This document shows, piece by piece, positions 60,261 through 64,000 of a DNA stretch of 64,000 bases. A program made the position numbers and the translations under genes. The notes under the pieces are model-generated. The model saw only the letters and a list, made by a program, of their open reading frames with translations. It searched no databases and was not told the DNA's origin. Numbering within the stretch: position 1 is the stretch's first letter; each line of letters opens with the position of its first letter. Source of the stretch: Podarcis erhardii (lineage: Eukaryota). The DNA lies in assembly GCA_964252035.1 (NCBI GenBank), contig OZ176206.1. One strand, given 5' to 3'.

Positions 60261-61234
60261 TATAAAGCCCTGAGCAACTAAGGGCCAGGGTACAATTCTG
60301 AGAGTGGTTGAAGATTCAGTCCCACTTCCTGAGGAACTCAGGGAATTGTGAGGGGAATTGGGGGGTCTCCAACAAACCCTTGGCACCCTTAACAAACTAG
60401 AGTTCCCATGATTCTTTGTTTAGTGTTGTATCATGGTGCTTTAAATTTATAGTGCAGAGGGAGCTAAGCCTCTCCTACGGAACATTCACCCCCTTAAACA
60501 TGCCCACATTTCACTGGGTGAAACCAGATAAAAATACAGTTAAATAAAGAAAGAAGAAGGGAAATAAATAGAAACGCAAGATTGTGAACTGCATTACAGT
60601 TCTGCTGCTTAAAAAAAAGAGAGAAGAGTGTATTTTGTTTTGTTTTGTTTTAGTTCCTGGCACAAGGCTGGTAGCTGCAGCCAGATAAACAGAACAGTCC
60701 TTCCTTGAAAATATATTGGCACATACAGCAATGTGAATCAAAGCAGCAAAAATAGCCACTTGTCCTGGGAATGCACTGAACAGGCTCAGCTCTATGCCAT
60801 CAAGGACCTGGTGCTAATGTAAGGCTTACCTTCCTGGATCAGACTGGCTTTGTTGCCAACCAGATTCCCTTAAGAAGCTCATGAGCCATCCTCTGTCATC
60901 TGCCGCAAGGACCTGCTGACTGGAGATATGCAGCTTCTGGTCATGAATGTTCCCTTCAGCCCTCCCTGGCTGGCAGCCTTGGGTAGATCTATTTTCCATG
61001 AATTTGATGAATTCTTTCTGTAAAGCCATTGAAGTCAGCACTCATTGACACATCTTATGCCAATGCATGCCATAATCTAATGGCACATTGTTTCGCAAAG
61101 AACTGCTAATGTTTGTTGTGGGCCTACTGTGTTAAGCAATTACAGATAGGTAGCCGTGTTGGTCTGCCATAGTCAAAACAAAATAAAAAAATTCCTTCCA
61201 GTAGCACCTTAAAGACCAACTAAGTTAGTTCTTG

Positions 61235-61272
61235 GTATGAGCTTTCGTGTGCATGCACACTTCTTCAGATAC
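61235..61272 (-). ncRNA. Minimal type I hammerhead ribozyme motif (minus-strand mirror copy)
   Basis: Exact reverse complement of 61278-61315. Confidence 0.75.
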
Positions 61273-61277
61273 ACTGT

Positions 61278-61315
61278 GTATCTGAAGAAGTGTGCATGCA
61301 CACGAAAGCTCATAC
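61278..61315 (+). ncRNA. Minimal type I hammerhead ribozyme motif (plus strand)
   Basis: GUAU-CUGAAGA-A-GUGUG(CAUG)CACAC-GAAA-GC-UC/AUAC: 4-bp stem I, CUGANGA, stem II hairpin, GAAA, 1-bp stem III with palindromic AGCU, and a CUC cleavage triplet (predicted cut after 61311). Confidence 0.75.
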
Positions 61316-61433
61316 CAAGAACTAACTTAGTTGGTCTTTAAGGTGCTACTGGAAGGAATTTTTTTATTTTGTGTTAAGCAATGTCATTGATAGACCTTGA
61401 GTTTTTGGCTTGGCTGTCACTAAGGTGGAAAGC

Positions 61434-61561
61434 CAGCCTTCTCCAACCTGGTACCCTCTAGATTTTTCTGGGCTACAACCCTGACCATTGGACATGCTTA
61501 TTGGGATTGATGGGAGCTGTAGTCCAATGACATCCGGAGGGCACCAGGTTGGGGAAGGCTA
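61434..61561. mobile_element. Short hAT-type MITE
   Basis: TIR CAGCCTTCTCCAACCTGGT / ACCAGGTTGGGGAAGGCTA; degenerate 8-bp TSD TGGAAAGC / TGGTAGGC. Confidence 0.7.
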
Positions 61562-62348
61562 TGGTAGGCCCTGCCTGTTGTTGGTTCTGGCTCCACCTAC
61601 TCTTGGCTTCTTTCCCTTCTGCCCTACCAGTTCCAGTGGGCACCAGTCACCACTGAGTGAGGGACTTTGTCAAAAGCTTTTGGAAAGATTAAGTACACGT
61701 ACTGACATTCTCCACAAACTCTAAAAAGCTAGAGAGATAGGAGACTTTGGAGAAATTCTAACAGGCAAAAAAAAGGGGTGGGTGAATTTATCAATTCCTG
61801 TTTCAGTTTCTCAGTCTGAAGTGCACATTTCTGGTTCAGGTTGCAATTATTATTTTTTAAGTCATTGTGAAAATTTCTTAGCATTTTAGTATACTAATAT
61901 ATACTTACCTGAATTCAATTTTGCCCAACACAGATTTTTGGAAGCAAATGTTGTTAATATAATGCACCTTTGCATGTTGTTTTTGTTAATATACTGTATG
62001 TACACAGTATTTGGTTGGAAAACCGCATTACAAAATTCAGAGAAGTGAGAATTTAAAAGGACAACTGTACTTTGGTTCATCTATTGTTTCATAAAGTATG
62101 AATTAGGTAGGTTGTCATCAAAATTAGAACTGAACCAAATTTCTTTGCTGTCCTTTGTTACAAGTTGGGCAAGCCTATTCAATCATCTTCCTCCTTTTGT
62201 CCTCTTTTTCCTAATGTTGCACGGTTCAGGGCTAACCATTTTCTGCTGAAGACTAATGTACCATCACACACATTCCTCCTCTTACATTCTTAATAGGATG
62301 AATGCTTTTATAGGAAATGAGGGACAAGGAGAGTAAGATGAGTAAGTA

Positions 62349-62676
62349 CAGTGGTGCCCCACAAGACGAACGCCTCGCAAGACGGAAAACCCGCTAGACG
62401 AAAGGGTTTTCCATTTTGGAGGCGCTTCGCAAAACAAATTTCCCTATGGGCTTGCTTCGCAAGATGAAATGTCTTGCGAGTTCCTGCGGGTTTTCCCCCC
62501 TTCCCCCCCCTTTCCCTAAGCCGCTAAGCCACTTATCAGCTGATCCGCTAAAAGCCGCCAAACCGCTAATAGCGCTAATCCGCTAAGCTGTCAATGGGCT
62601 TGCTTCGCAAGACGAAAAAACCGCTATACGAAGAGCCTCACGGAACGGATTAATTTCGTCTTGCGAGGCACCACTG
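62349..62676 (+). mobile_element. MITE family B, copy 2 (328 bp)
   Basis: Same TIRs and TA TSD as 42698-43052. Confidence 0.9.
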
Positions 62677-62760
62677 TATTCATTCCATAACAGGATCAAA
62701 CCAAGCATGAAGTGGGCAATCCACAGTTGGGTCTCCTGATTCCTCCCCCTGCCCTTAAAA

Positions 62761-62762
<2 letters not shown>

Positions 62763-62813
<51 letters not shown>
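62763..62813. repeat. (GT)n microsatellite
   Basis: Read directly from the sequence. Confidence 0.95.
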
Positions 62814-62815
<2 letters not shown>

Positions 62816-63096
62816 GTGGGGGGTGGGAATCAGAGAAGCAGCAGTGGTCCTGCATTTTATTCCTAATAAATAGCTTGGGACAGGGGCAATTTGGATCAGG
62901 AAATGGAGGGAAAGCATTCAGCAACTCCTCCACCAGCGCCTCTGCTCTTATCAAAATCAGAGCACATCTGCAACTGCTTTAAGAAACAAATTCTCATGAA
63001 ATCACAGCTCTTCTATGTCCTGTGAAGTTTGGCCCCAGATCTCTGGGTTAGATTATAGCACATCGAGGATGGAGAATTTACAGCAGGCCTCCAGGC

Positions 63097-63369
63097 TAGG
63101 GCTGGACGATATCTGGTTTTCAACATTGCAATATATCACCAGTTAAACATCGCAATATACTGCTGTATAACAATGTCTGAAATAAGCATGGAGCTATGTA
63201 GGGGCATTGGCTGGCTTCACGGTTTTTCCCACATTGTGATTTTTGGCATAGCACACACACATATATCATGATTCGCGATATATTGCCAGGTCAAAAACTA
63301 TGAAACCAATAGTATGATATGGACTTCGAACCAGTTTGGGGTGGTATATCGATACATCACCCAGCCCTA
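63097..63369. mobile_element. hAT MITE (TAGGGCTG-type TIR)
   Basis: TAGGGCTGGACGAT...ATCACCCAGCCCTA; 8-bp TSD CTCCAGGC / TTCCAGGT (two transitions). Confidence 0.8.
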
Positions 63370-64000
63370 TTCCAGGTCTCTCTGGCTGGTCCTTGTGACT
63401 CTCCTGAGTTCATACCTCCTCCACAACCAAGTCCCTCCTCCTTAGGCTACGCCCATCACTGGCCTTCCTTCACACCCTTCTCTAGCATTTTTGCCTTACT
63501 AAAATGTGTCCTTGACTCTGCTTATGTACCTTGCTTGCCTGGGTGGATGAGAGAAAGAGAGAGGGGTGTGTGAACACATGTGGAAACTAGGCTATTGTAC
63601 AAAGTTTACATTAGTTGCTCTGCCCACTTTTGCCTCTGGCCCCGCCCACCACTGTCATGTGGCCCCCAGAAGGTTGTTCAGAAGGGGATGTGGCCCTTGG
63701 GATAAAGAAGATTCCCCACCTTCGTAGTACACCATTTCTGCTGTGAGGCATCGGTTCCCTCCTTCCTCCTTGTTCCAATCAACCCAGCACTGGGTACATA
63801 CTAACCTCCTTGATTAAATCACACAATGACTCATTATATCTCCCAGTCAAGCTACTGCCCACCTGCGCCCAAGACAATCCGTTCTCAAGGTGTGTCATCA
63901 CCATCATCTTTAGCCTCTTCGAGATTTCCCATTTATAGGAAGCAACGCCAGCTTCAGAAAATGCAAAAGCCGAGCGTTCCATCCAGACACACGCTGCCAG

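Larger units (their letters stand above)
61141..61369. mobile_element. Penelope-like element insertion made of inverted pLTR fragments (perfect palindrome)
   Basis: Perfect 13-bp TSD TGTGTTAAGCAAT (61128-61140, 61370-61382); 97-bp arms 61178-61274 and 61276-61372; pLTR-type GTAGCCGTGTTGGTCTG and GCACCTTAAAGAC motifs. Confidence 0.8.

Overview
Vertebrate genomic DNA from a squamate reptile, probably a lacertid lizard (inferred from the Sauria/Squam SINE content). It holds two complete plus-strand genes. TPPP3 has 3 coding exons (5775-11659, 176 aa). RRAD has a CpG-island promoter near 31.2-31.5 kb, a non-coding exon 1 and 4 coding exons (32388-38562, 316 aa). The remainder is intronic or intergenic and dense in transposons: Sauria, Squam2-like and Squam3-like SINEs; L1, L2 and CR1 fragments; Tc1/mariner(pogo)-type and hAT-type MITEs; two solo LTRs; and two Penelope-like remnants. 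The most striking non-genic structure is a 229-bp Penelope-type insertion (61141-61369) with a perfect 13-bp target-site duplication. It is almost entirely one perfect 195-bp palindrome and carries a minimal hammerhead-ribozyme core on each strand. Also notable are a four-level nested insertion (hAT MITE > L2 > solo LTR + L1) at 50.3-53.0 kb and a young L1 with a perfect 21-bp TSD. A Gypsy-like solo LTR supplies splice signals just upstream of a signal-peptide-like exon, in the position where CDH16 would be expected from human synteny (weak call). Transposon family names come from recalled consensus resemblance and structural hallmarks, not database searches. No CRISPR, rRNA or true tRNA genes were seen.
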